Shown: positions 55,657 through 63,939 of the stretch, in pieces
Layout: every line of letters begins with the position of its first letter
How positions within the stretch are numbered: the stretch's first letter is position 1
NCBI GenBank assembly: GCA_963706245.1
Contig: OY970151.1
Coordinates: 238,994-302,993, forward strand
Length of the DNA stretch: 64,000 nucleotides
Reading direction: 5' to 3'
Source of the DNA: an uncultured Candidatus Saccharibacteria bacterium
Lineage (GTDB): Bacteria; Patescibacteriota; Saccharimonadia; Saccharimonadales; UBA4665
Translations under genes and position numbers: made by a program
The notes under the pieces: generated by a model
Told to the model about the DNA's origin: nothing
The model's database searches: none
What the model saw: the letters and a program-made list of their open reading frames with translations, nothing else

Positions 55657-56424
55657 TTATTTCTGAACTTCTTTAGCCATAAACTGCTTAACTGATGCTA
55701 CTGTATCCATGAACTGGGCTGGGAATACAATCGTCGAGTTTTTGTCTGAAGCGATTTCAGACAACACCTGTAGGTTTCTGAGCTGCAGCGCGATCGGGTG
55801 CTTAGAGATTACATCAGCTGCTTTAGCGAGGGCTGCAGCCGATAGTTGCTCTCCCTCGGCGGCTATAATCTTAGCCCGCTTTTCTCGTTCGGCCTGAGCG
55901 CCGGCGCTCATAGCACTTTGCATTTCCTGAGGTAACTTAATGTCCTTGAGCTCCACCATCGAGACATAGACTCCCCACTTTTCAGTAGTTTTGTCTAAGA
56001 TGGCTTTTACGGCGTCGTTAATTTTAACCGTTTGGCTTAGGACATCATCAAGTAAGTTTTGTCCGACAACATTACGAACGGTCGTTTGAGCAATTTGGTA
56101 GATAGCCGATAGGACATTCTCGATTGCTACAACTGATTTAACGGCATCGGAGACTTGGTAATATGCAACGGCGGCGACATCAATTGAGACATTGTCTTTG
56201 GTTATAACGTTCTGGGAGTCGACTGGTAGGGTAATGGTTCTTAGATCAACCTTGCGGAGCTTATCAATAATGGGCACAATAAAACAAATACCGGGCTTTT
56301 TAACGTCCTTACGCAGCCTACCAAGTCGCAAGACCACACCCTCTTCATACTGTTTTATAATCTTTAGGCTACTGCCAAAAAATAATACAATCACTATAAT
56401 CACAAAAGTAATAAAGCCTGCCAT
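55657..56424 (-). CDS. SPFH/band-7 (stomatin-like) protein
   Basis: N-terminal TM, then the IIKQYEEGVVLRLGR...PVDSQNVITKDNV...AEREKRAKIIAAEGE pattern. Start set at ATG 56424, with AAGGAG 7 nt upstream. Confidence 0.85.
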   Translation of the reverse strand: MAGFITFVIIVIVLFFGSSLKIIKQYEEGVVLRLGRLRKDVKKPGICFIVPIIDKLRKVDLRTITLPVDSQNVITKDNVSIDVAAVAYYQVSDAVKSVVAIENVLSAIYQIAQTTVRNVVGQNLLDDVLSQTVKINDAVKAILDKTTEKWGVYVSMVELKDIKLPQEMQSAMSAGAQAEREKRAKIIAAEGEQLSAAALAKAADVISKHPIALQLRNLQVLSEIASDKNSTIVFPAQFMDTVASVKQFMAKEVQK

Positions 56425-56499
56425 ATAATATCTCCTTCTTTTATTAATAGTCCTCCTGATGTTATTTTTTAGCAAGTCCGGCTCGCCAACTTTGCTATA

Positions 56500-56919
56500 A
56501 TGCGGAATATGGATAAATTAAAATCACACCCGTTTGTTCAAAAACCTGAAGACTTCATGAAGAGAGAAGAAGGTAGTTTTAATAAATTTAATCAGAAATT
56601 TGCCGTCTGGATTGGAACCCACGTCGGCTCAATGTACTGCTTCTATCTATTTAATGTTTTGGCATTGTTATCGGCGAAAGCGGCCTTTCAGACCCATAAC
56701 CTAGTGCCCATAATTAACTGGGTAAGCTCTAACTGGATTCAGTTGATTCTTCTGCCAGCCATTATGGTGGCTCAAAATATTGCCCAAGATGCCCAGGAGG
56801 CTAAGTCCCAAGCTGACCACTTGACGCTGACTTACCTGGCAAACCTGCAAGACGAGCAAATGACTGAGCTCAAAAACCAAACTACTATCCTCGAGCAATT
56901 AAAGAAGATCGCTAAGTAG
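56500..56919 (+). CDS. two-TM protein, DUF1003-like
   Basis: ...GTHVGSMYCFYLFNVLALL...LILLPAIMVAQNIAQDAQEAKSQADH... resembles the DUF1003 layout. Confidence 0.5.
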   Translation: MRNMDKLKSHPFVQKPEDFMKREEGSFNKFNQKFAVWIGTHVGSMYCFYLFNVLALLSAKAAFQTHNLVPIINWVSSNWIQLILLPAIMVAQNIAQDAQEAKSQADHLTLTYLANLQDEQMTELKNQTTILEQLKKIAK

Positions 56920-56938
56920 CCCGAATTCCCCTATAGTA

Positions 56939-56967
56939 TTGCAAAAAAAGCATAAATAATGTATAAT
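56939..56967 (+). promoter_or_regulatory. promoter TTGCAA-17-TATAAT for array gene 1
   Basis: The -10 box ends 11 nt before the ATG at 56979. No Shine-Dalgarno sequence in between. Confidence 0.55.
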
Positions 56968-56978
56968 AGCTTTTAATT

Positions 56979-57446
56979 ATGAGTTTATCAGGTGAAACAT
57001 CACAGTCTACACCAGAAGCAGTTTTGGTATTTCACCAAGATGTGAAGGATACTCTCCGGCTAAACGCCGTCTCAGCCTGTGTTCTTAGGGACGAGGACGA
57101 AATAATAGCTCCTACCTTTCTAGCCGGTAAATTGGAAGCCGAAGCCAATGTCTTCGAGGACATTGCTATTTTTGGTCATGGCAGCGGGGATAACAAAGTA
57201 TATTTTGTTTCAATCGGGAAAGATCAGAAGTATGAAGTCACCCGTAGTGGTGCATATAGCCCAGAGCCGACTATCGATGATCTCTTTGTCAACGAGCTTA
57301 GTATTGAGGACATGTGCTACATAGGTGGCTTATTAAGAAGTCCGCGTATTGAGTGGTCTAGGAAGCTGACGAATGACATGATCGGGAATCTTCTACAAGG
57401 GACACAAGAAGCTCTGGGTGACGCGGGAACCACTGGGGATAGTTAA
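56979..57446 (+). CDS. family-B small acidic protein 1 (MSLSGE...)
   Basis: Member of the six-gene paralog array. Motifs FLAGK...EDIAIF...KYEVT. Confidence 0.7.
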   Translation: MSLSGETSQSTPEAVLVFHQDVKDTLRLNAVSACVLRDEDEIIAPTFLAGKLEAEANVFEDIAIFGHGSGDNKVYFVSIGKDQKYEVTRSGAYSPEPTIDDLFVNELSIEDMCYIGGLLRSPRIEWSRKLTNDMIGNLLQGTQEALGDAGTTGDS

Positions 57447-57476
57447 ATCCAAAATACGGTCTCGAACAGCATAAAA

Positions 57477-57505
57477 TTGCAAGAACATTTAAATTAGGAT
57501 ATAAT
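57477..57505 (+). promoter_or_regulatory. promoter TTGCAA-17-TATAAT for array gene 2
   Basis: The -10 box ends 10 nt before the ATG at 57516. No Shine-Dalgarno sequence. Confidence 0.55.
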
Positions 57506-57515
57506 ACTGTTAAAT

Positions 57516-58034
57516 ATGGAGAATATTGACTTTCTTGATTCTATGGGCTCTGGAGACTCACGAGTTGAGGACTATACTAATGCCCAGAAAACCGAAGCTC
57601 AGCGTCGAGCCGACAGGGAGGCTATAAGCCTACTAAACGATACTATAAATGACAGCGTAAATGGTCTATTTAGGGATTACGGTGACATAGCGAACTTAAC
57701 CTTTTTCGACAACTTTGAAATGATACTTGGTGGTAAAATACCTGCAAGTCAGGAACGCCCCGATGATTATATTGATATCACCTTAATTCGGACGCAAGCT
57801 GATACCTGGCGAACAACGAAGATAATAGTTGGTGAGGATACCTACACAGTATCGGCACTTGATGGGGTAAGGTTAATTGATGGTACTCGGAACCTAGAGC
57901 CGAATAGGGGACAGCTTGAGAGCCTGGATTTTATGCTCGGAGAATGGAATCAAACAGCCCTCTATACCCTAGAGGACAGTGCTCGTCTAGCAGGGCAGTG
58001 GCGAGAGTCACAGAAAAAAAGTCTTGAAAAATAA
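57516..58034 (+). CDS. family-B small acidic protein 2
   Basis: ILGGKIPASQERPDDYIDITLI...DTYTVS. The N-terminus differs (MENIDFLDSMGSGD). Confidence 0.65.
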   Translation: MENIDFLDSMGSGDSRVEDYTNAQKTEAQRRADREAISLLNDTINDSVNGLFRDYGDIANLTFFDNFEMILGGKIPASQERPDDYIDITLIRTQADTWRTTKIIVGEDTYTVSALDGVRLIDGTRNLEPNRGQLESLDFMLGEWNQTALYTLEDSARLAGQWRESQKKSLEK

Positions 58035-58051
58035 TACTTTAATATAAATAT

Positions 58052-58525
58052 ATGAGTTTTGCGGGTGAGGAGAATTTCCCAGGTACTGAACCGGAAAAAG
58101 TCGAAGAGCTTATTTTAAGAGATAACCTTGGAGATTTGTTTGAACATCATTTCTACGACTGCGCAATTATAAATAACGATTATGATTCAAACCAGCCTCT
58201 AAGAACATTACTGGGCGGTATCATGAGGTTCGAAGACGGGCGGTTCGAGGATATTAGTATTTCTCGGTCAGGCCCGAACCCAAGGGCTGTCTATGAAGTC
58301 GCCTATCTAAATAAGAAGTATCTAATAACCACAGAGGCGACTGTAGCCAGCCACGACCATGATCGGCGAGCGTTTTTGAGTGAATTAAGGGAAATCAAAG
58401 GCTATGTTACAGGTGGTATTACTACCTATAGCCTAGCAGCCTCAGAACGGCTTGTTGAGCGGCAGCGGCAGATAGAGCGTATGGCCCGTAAAAGATGGCC
58501 CTTTGGTCGAGGGAAGAAGTCCTAA
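58052..58525 (+). CDS. family-B small acidic protein 3 (MSFAGE...)
   Basis: LLGGIMRFEDGRFEDISIS...KKYLIT. 17 nt after gene 2. Confidence 0.7.
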   Translation: MSFAGEENFPGTEPEKVEELILRDNLGDLFEHHFYDCAIINNDYDSNQPLRTLLGGIMRFEDGRFEDISISRSGPNPRAVYEVAYLNKKYLITTEATVASHDHDRRAFLSELREIKGYVTGGITTYSLAASERLVERQRQIERMARKRWPFGRGKKS

Positions 58526-58528
58526 GTC

Positions 58529-58558
58529 TTGCAGATAGTCTCAAATAGTGCTTTGATA
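58529..58558 (+). promoter_or_regulatory. promoter TTGCAG-18-TTGATA for array gene 4
   Basis: The same cTTGCAG...gcTTTGATA architecture recurs at 59629..59658. The ATG lies 7 nt after the -10 box. Confidence 0.45.
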
Positions 58559-58565
58559 TATCGAT

Positions 58566-59111
58566 ATGAGCTTTAAGGGTGAGAGCCAAAATCCTAATCG
58601 AGAGTTTGATTCGACTAGAGAGTGGTTATTAAGAGATGATCTGGGAGAGGTTATTTCTATATATGCCGATCATTTTGTGCCGGTAAATGAAGGCAACAGC
58701 GAACTTGGTATACCAGCCGAAATATTACTAGGCGGACAGACTGATGGTGATAAGATCGACTCTTTGATCGACATAAGCCTTACGCTGCGAGTTGTCGACG
58801 GACAGCGGATTGCCACTATTTCAGCCGGCGGGGAAAGCTACGCAATATCCGATGATGCCGTGTGGCATGCTAATGATCCCTCGCAAGAAGTTATCGGCGA
58901 TGATATTGATGAGATAAGGCTGTGGCTGTCTCCAGCTACAACCTGGGATAAAAACCATTCGGCGCGAATAGTTTCTTACCTCCATGCTCCTGCTGACATG
59001 GACGAGGAACTTCAGGACTTACTAGACTTTGAGGGTGCAGGGGCTGAAGCTCCCACAATTGCTTCTCGTATTGTGTCTGCCATAAAATCATGCTTTGATA
59101 GACGAAGATGA
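58566..59111 (+). CDS. family-B small acidic protein 4 (MSFKGE...)
   Basis: LLGGQTDGDKIDSLIDISLT...ESYAIS. Confidence 0.7.
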   Translation: MSFKGESQNPNREFDSTREWLLRDDLGEVISIYADHFVPVNEGNSELGIPAEILLGGQTDGDKIDSLIDISLTLRVVDGQRIATISAGGESYAISDDAVWHANDPSQEVIGDDIDEIRLWLSPATTWDKNHSARIVSYLHAPADMDEELQDLLDFEGAGAEAPTIASRIVSAIKSCFDRRR

Positions 59112-59593
59112 GCTTTGCTAATGAAGAACCGCATGTCGACCTGGAGTGGAATGAGAACGAAACTTTCATGATGCGACAAGATTTGGAACTTCTACGGGTA
59201 CGCGAGTACCATAATTTTATAGTTCTGCAAACAGGGGACGGTCTTCAAAAACCATTTGAAACATTTTTAGGTGGCGTTTTGCGTCCGGAAACATCCAGCC
59301 CGAGAGATGTCTGGATTTCTATTTATAGACTCGGTAAGAGTGAGGTAAGCACTGTTAGCGAGGGCTCTAAAAAATATCTCATATTACCAAGCTTCGTAGA
59401 AGTCCAGGAACGGCAAAATCCTTCTAGGAAAGCTACTCTTCAGGATATTGATCATCTTCGTTTTCTGCTTAATGAGAATGTTGGGCATTGGAGCGAAGAG
59501 GATTCCTGGCGAATAGCTGAGAAATTGCACGAGACCGATAAGCGTCGGCCAACCTACAGATTCCTTGGTCGCTTATTCGGGCCCCCGGCGTAA
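59108..59593 (+). CDS. family-B small acidic protein 5 (MSFANE...)
   Basis: FLGGVLRPETSSPRDVWISIY...KKYLIL. ATGA overlap with gene 4. Confidence 0.7.
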   Translation: MSFANEEPHVDLEWNENETFMMRQDLELLRVREYHNFIVLQTGDGLQKPFETFLGGVLRPETSSPRDVWISIYRLGKSEVSTVSEGSKKYLILPSFVEVQERQNPSRKATLQDIDHLRFLLNENVGHWSEEDSWRIAEKLHETDKRRPTYRFLGRLFGPPA

Positions 59594-59628
59594 GGGCTAA
59601 TATTAGTTGGTAGCAGTTTTGCTTAAGC

Positions 59629-59658
59629 TTGCAGTTTAGACAAATATACGCTTTGATA
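59629..59658 (+). promoter_or_regulatory. promoter TTGCAG-18-TTGATA for array gene 6
   Basis: The ATG lies 8 nt after the -10 box. No Shine-Dalgarno sequence. Confidence 0.45.
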
Positions 59659-59666
59659 AAGCTACT

Positions 59667-60134
59667 ATGAGTATACCGGGAGAGGGTTTGGGTTTTGATT
59701 CTTCAGCTGAGACTGAACCTGTGTTGACTTTAACTGAGCAAATTGATCAGTTGTTTATTAAATACGCCGATAAACTCGGAGTTGTCTACAATGAAGCTGA
59801 TCCAGACTGGCCTGTTATACGGGTTCTGAGCCGGGGGGTGCCATCTGAATCTCATGGGAAGATGGTGCTAGCGCACATAATTAGTTTATGCTATCCCAAT
59901 GAGCAAGCGAGTACCACTGTTATCCTTGATAAGATGCAGTTTGAAATTGACAGTTTTGGTGCTCGACGAGTCGATAATCACGCTGAGGATCCAAACGAGG
60001 AAGCGGTTGTCACAGATAAGGTCTTGGAGATTATTGGCCCCGGTAATGCTATGTGGAGTCAATCACTCGCTAGGGTTAAGGCTAGGGAAATACGAGATGC
60101 TCACAAGATGTTCGGCCGTGATATTTCTAGTTAG
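59667..60134 (+). CDS. family-B small acidic protein 6 (MSIPGE...)
   Basis: The most diverged member (VLSRGV...MQFEID). Confidence 0.6.
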   Translation: MSIPGEGLGFDSSAETEPVLTLTEQIDQLFIKYADKLGVVYNEADPDWPVIRVLSRGVPSESHGKMVLAHIISLCYPNEQASTTVILDKMQFEIDSFGARRVDNHAEDPNEEAVVTDKVLEIIGPGNAMWSQSLARVKAREIRDAHKMFGRDISS

Positions 60135-60320
60135 TGGATGTAAGAATTGACAAGACCTACAATATTAGAAATATATAGTAAAATTATCAACAAGGAATGT
60201 TGTAGAATTACCCACTTTATTGTATGAGTTAATTGTCGCACCAAACCACTTACGCTATAAAATATACTTGCATGTAACTATATCGTATGTAATAACTTTG
60301 CGGGTAAACGGGAGCTTGAT

Positions 60321-60668
60321 ATGGCAAGATCTAAGCGAACGAAACTTATCGCAATGACCATAGCTATCGGACTCCCAATCTTTCTCCCCAGAACAGTACT
60401 TGCAGCATCAACCGCGGACGTAAGTTCGATAAGTTCGTTCCTGCAAAACATAATTGAAGCGGCAGCTGGATTAGCTGGTCTGGTTGCGACAGGCTTTTTT
60501 GTATTAGGTGGCTTTTCTTACATTACGAGCTCGGGAAATCCAGAACATCTAGAGAAAGCTAAACGCACCTTGCTCTACAGCAGCGTAGGGCTCGCGATAA
60601 CCATTGCGGCCTTTGCGTTATCGACAATCGTAACGCAATTAGCCACTAGCGCATTCGGCGGAAATTAA
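60321..60668 (+). CDS. T4SS pilin-like protein (VirB2/TrbC-type, Gram-positive/CPR T4SS_pilin form)
   Basis: GGGAG RBS and a signal peptide. Two helices around GGFSYITSSGNPEHLEKAKR. Confidence 0.75.
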   Translation: MARSKRTKLIAMTIAIGLPIFLPRTVLAASTADVSSISSFLQNIIEAAAGLAGLVATGFFVLGGFSYITSSGNPEHLEKAKRTLLYSSVGLAITIAAFALSTIVTQLATSAFGGN

Positions 60669-60669
60669 A

Positions 60670-61914
60670 ATGAAGCCGAGCATCCTCCACCTACTTAACC
60701 AGGTGGGGGATGCCTCTGCAGTTACCTCTACACTGAATGGTTATATAACCCCAACAGTTGAAGCCATAGTGGGATTGGCAACTCTAGCTGCAACCGGTTT
60801 TTTGATAGTTGGTGGCATCGGCTATATGACTAGTTCAGGGCGACCAGACAAATTAGAGCATGCAAAGAAAGTAATACGTAATGCGCTGATCGGATTAGTT
60901 GTAGTTCTCGGAGCTGGAGTATTAACTACTATTCTACTCCATGCCTATCAAGGGTCTACTGGTAATGGGGTTAGTAAGGTTCCGGCACTTGTGAACATAC
61001 AACCAACTCCTGTGTCTAGTGGTTTAGTAGCGATTTTAGTCGATGCGATAGTAGGATTACTACGAAACATTATCGATACTGCTGCTCAGCCATTTATCAA
61101 CGCTCTAACTTACTTCACTCACGCTACACCACTAATGGCCACCAACGGTTCAGTCCTAGCTCTTTGGGGTGTGATGGTAGCTATGGCTGACGCTTTGTTC
61201 GTGTTGGTTGTGGTACTTTTAGGTTTCCACATAATGAGCGCATCAGCACTTGGTTTGGATGAAATCGAATTTAAACATCTACTACCTCAATTAGCTATAG
61301 TTTTTCTTCTGATCAATACATCAATCTTTGCTATAGACAGCATTATTAGTTTGTCTAATGTCATGATTAGCGCGCTTTATGCTGCTTTTCCGGCTACGAC
61401 TGTTTGGAATGTACTAGACTCAATCGTAAATCAATCAGCTGGTCTCGGTCTGGTAGCCCTGTTTATCTTAATAGTTTTTATAATTCTATCAGTCGTCCTG
61501 TTAGTTTACTACGTTATGAGGTTAGTCGTTCTTTATCTTGGAGCAATTCTAGCGCCACTCGTATTTCTTCTTTGGCTAATACCAAGCTTTAAAGATTTTG
61601 TCTCCGCGGCCGTTAAGACTTATCTAACGACTATATTTGTTCTATTCGTGCATGTAACTATATTACTTCTAGCTGCATCAATCTTTGCAGGTATGTTGAA
61701 CGGTGGCCCAGTGACTGGGTTAAATCCTTTAATGGGGGCTATTGTTGGTATAGCAACTCTCATAACCCTACTTAAGACCCAGAAAATAATGATGGAGCTT
61801 AGTTATGTTAGTGTAGGGCCTAAAGCTCTTAGAAAGCTAGGTGGTCAATTTGTTACAGGAATTAGTTATATATCAACTAAGGCTAAGGCAGTAAATGCAG
61901 GGGCAGAAGAATGA
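60670..61914 (+). CDS. VirB6/TrbL-like polytopic T4SS channel protein with an N-terminal second pilin-like module
   Basis: Residues 30-95 repeat the pilin motif (GGIGYMTSSGRPDKLEHAKK). These are followed by about 7 further TM helices. Confidence 0.7.
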   Translation: MKPSILHLLNQVGDASAVTSTLNGYITPTVEAIVGLATLAATGFLIVGGIGYMTSSGRPDKLEHAKKVIRNALIGLVVVLGAGVLTTILLHAYQGSTGNGVSKVPALVNIQPTPVSSGLVAILVDAIVGLLRNIIDTAAQPFINALTYFTHATPLMATNGSVLALWGVMVAMADALFVLVVVLLGFHIMSASALGLDEIEFKHLLPQLAIVFLLINTSIFAIDSIISLSNVMISALYAAFPATTVWNVLDSIVNQSAGLGLVALFILIVFIILSVVLLVYYVMRLVVLYLGAILAPLVFLLWLIPSFKDFVSAAVKTYLTTIFVLFVHVTILLLAASIFAGMLNGGPVTGLNPLMGAIVGIATLITLLKTQKIMMELSYVSVGPKALRKLGGQFVTGISYISTKAKAVNAGAEE

Positions 61915-62300
61915 AAACTACGACCGTTCCTGCTCAAATTACGACAGTTGAAGATCGACTAGCTGGCAATCTAAGTCTTACCCAATTACTTCTCTTAGTC
62001 TCTCCAGTGTTTATATCCTGTTTAATCTACGTTGTCTTACCGCCATTTATTAAAATATCTCTCTTTAAGGTTTCCATATCAGTACTGATTTTCCTATTAT
62101 TCTCTGTTATGTCGATTCGTATCAAAGGAAAGATAATAATTTTGTGGTTATTTCTAGTAATGAAGTACAGAAACCGACCAAGATATTATCTCTACGATAA
62201 GAATGACGCAATCTTCAGGAAGATTAATACCGAACCCCTCAAAGAAGTTGAGTACCTAAAAGCTCAAGAACCTCAGAAAAGAAAAATATTCCCTAACTGA
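61911..62300 (+). CDS. PrgI/VirB3-like small membrane protein
   Basis: VPAQITTVEDRLAGNLSLTQLLLL followed by two helices. ATGA overlap with the upstream gene. Confidence 0.65.
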   Translation: MKTTTVPAQITTVEDRLAGNLSLTQLLLLVSPVFISCLIYVVLPPFIKISLFKVSISVLIFLLFSVMSIRIKGKIIILWLFLVMKYRNRPRYYLYDKNDAIFRKINTEPLKEVEYLKAQEPQKRKIFPN

Positions 62301-62392
62301 TTTAAATACTACCGACATCGCTAGACTAGAGATTGCTATTGCTGATCCTCGGTCCAGCTTTAATTTTAAACAAACTAAGAAAGGAGTTTTAA

Positions 62393-63004
62393 GTGTCCAT
62401 ATTACAGAAATCCTCTAGGCGTATATCCTCAAGGAGTCAGATTGACATTGAAGGAATTAGTGATGGAATTTTGCAACTAACAGGTAAGCAATATCGCGTT
62501 GCTCTGGAGATATCCTCCGTTAACTTCGAACTCAAAAGTGAGGCCGAACAAGACGCGCTAATCGAGACTTATCAGAGCTTCTTGAACTCACTTAGCTACC
62601 CAATGCAGATAATAATACGGATTAGAGAACTCGATCTAGCTAAATATCTAAAAGAATTTTTAGATAGCGTGTCCAATGAGTCTGAAGATATCTACAAGGA
62701 CCAAGTCAATAACTACTGTGAGTTTGTCTCAAGTTTAGTTGTAACCAATAAAATACTGGCCAGATCTTTTTATTTAGTTATCCCATTTGTCGGTGAAGAC
62801 ACTGATCCTGTGGTAGTTAAAGAACAGCTCGGGCTACAGAGCGAGCTGGCAGCTAAAGGACTCGCCAGACTTGGGATTCAAAGCAAGAAGTTAGACAGCC
62901 TGGGACTAATTGATCTTTTCTATAGTTTCTACTCACCAACTAAAGCAAAAATTCAACCTCTCTCTAAGCAAACCTTAAACCTTCTAAACCGAAGTTATTT
63001 ATGA
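62393..63004 (+). CDS. virB4: VirB4-like ATPase, N-terminal domain ORF
   Basis: AAAGGAG RBS + GTG start. IEGISDGILQLTGKQYRVALEISSVNFELKSEAEQDALIETYQSFLNSLSYPMQIIIR is the typical VirB4/PrgJ N-domain pattern. Confidence 0.7.
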   Translation: MSILQKSSRRISSRSQIDIEGISDGILQLTGKQYRVALEISSVNFELKSEAEQDALIETYQSFLNSLSYPMQIIIRIRELDLAKYLKEFLDSVSNESEDIYKDQVNNYCEFVSSLVVTNKILARSFYLVIPFVGEDTDPVVVKEQLGLQSELAAKGLARLGIQSKKLDSLGLIDLFYSFYSPTKAKIQPLSKQTLNLLNRSYL

Positions 63005-63939
63005 ATATGCAGCTAATGATAAAACGAGATAAGACTGGTCCCAAACAATATGCCATGAGTTTTGGCGAACAAGATCATTTAGACCTGCTTAGTTACTCTG
63101 GGCTCGAAGAAGAAAGTAGCTACCTCGTGATTGATGGACAATACGTTAGAGTCTTGTTTATCTCAGGATATCCCTACATTGCCTCTAGCGGTTGGCTAAA
63201 TTCGTTAATTAACTTTAATCATGATGCTGATATTAGCTACCACATAACAACTGTCGAATCGACCCAGGCGTTGCCTAAACTACATCGTAAAATTACTGAA
63301 CTAGAATCTACTAAGAGGGCTATGATCCGAAACGGTAAGATCGTTGGACCGGAAGTAACCGACCCGTTAGAATCAGCCATGGCTCTTAGAGATAAGATTC
63401 TTCGCGGCCAAGAAAAACTTTTCCAAGTATCAATTTACGTGTCTTTATTTGCCGGTAGCTTGAGTGATCTAGATAAGATAACCCAACTACTAGAAACTGT
63501 ATTTGCATCAAGAATGTTTTATTCAAAAATCGCTAGGTATCAGCAGCTTGAAGGCTTGCAGTCAATATTGCCTCGTGGACAGGATCAACTAAGTCAAAAA
63601 CGCAATCTAGATAGTAGTTCAGCAGCTCTTACTTTTCCGTTTATGAGTTCGGAACTAGTCCAAGAATCTGGCATACTCTACGGGGTAAACAAGTCTAACA
63701 ACTCACTAGTCATCCTAGATAGGTTTAGCCTTAACAATGCTAATAGTATCGTCTTTGCTCAATCAGGAAGCGGTAAGAGCTATGCCACTAAAGTTGAGAT
63801 TTTAAGACAGCTTATGCAGGGCGTTAAAGTAATTGTTATTGATCCGGAACGAGAATATAAAAGGCTAGCTGAATCAGTTAATGGAACTTATATAAAACTA
63901 TCTGCCAAGTCACGTAAAAGATTAATCCCTTTGACCTAA
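63001..63939 (+). CDS. virB4: VirB4-like ATPase, middle part with Walker A; truncated by a frame shift
   Basis: Walker A AQSGSGKSY. The ORF ends SAKSRKRLIPLT*, while the +2 frame reads KINPFDL.... Confidence 0.8.
   Translation: MNMQLMIKRDKTGPKQYAMSFGEQDHLDLLSYSGLEEESSYLVIDGQYVRVLFISGYPYIASSGWLNSLINFNHDADISYHITTVESTQALPKLHRKITELESTKRAMIRNGKIVGPEVTDPLESAMALRDKILRGQEKLFQVSIYVSLFAGSLSDLDKITQLLETVFASRMFYSKIARYQQLEGLQSILPRGQDQLSQKRNLDSSSAALTFPFMSSELVQESGILYGVNKSNNSLVILDRFSLNNANSIVFAQSGSGKSYATKVEILRQLMQGVKVIVIDPEREYKRLAESVNGTYIKLSAKSRKRLIPLT

Noticed and set aside
58021-58052. Separate promoter for array gene 3 (TTGAAA at 58024).
   Set aside because: No -10 hexamer at 16-18 nt spacing leaves room for a start before the ATG. 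Gene 3 is more likely co-transcribed with gene 2, given the 17-nt gap.
60147-60295. Promoters for the T4SS operon (TTGACA at 60147, and TTGCAT-16-TAATAA at 60268).
   Set aside because: The -35 boxes are good, but the -10 candidates are ambiguous in AT-rich sequence. They are plausible but not strong enough to list as features.
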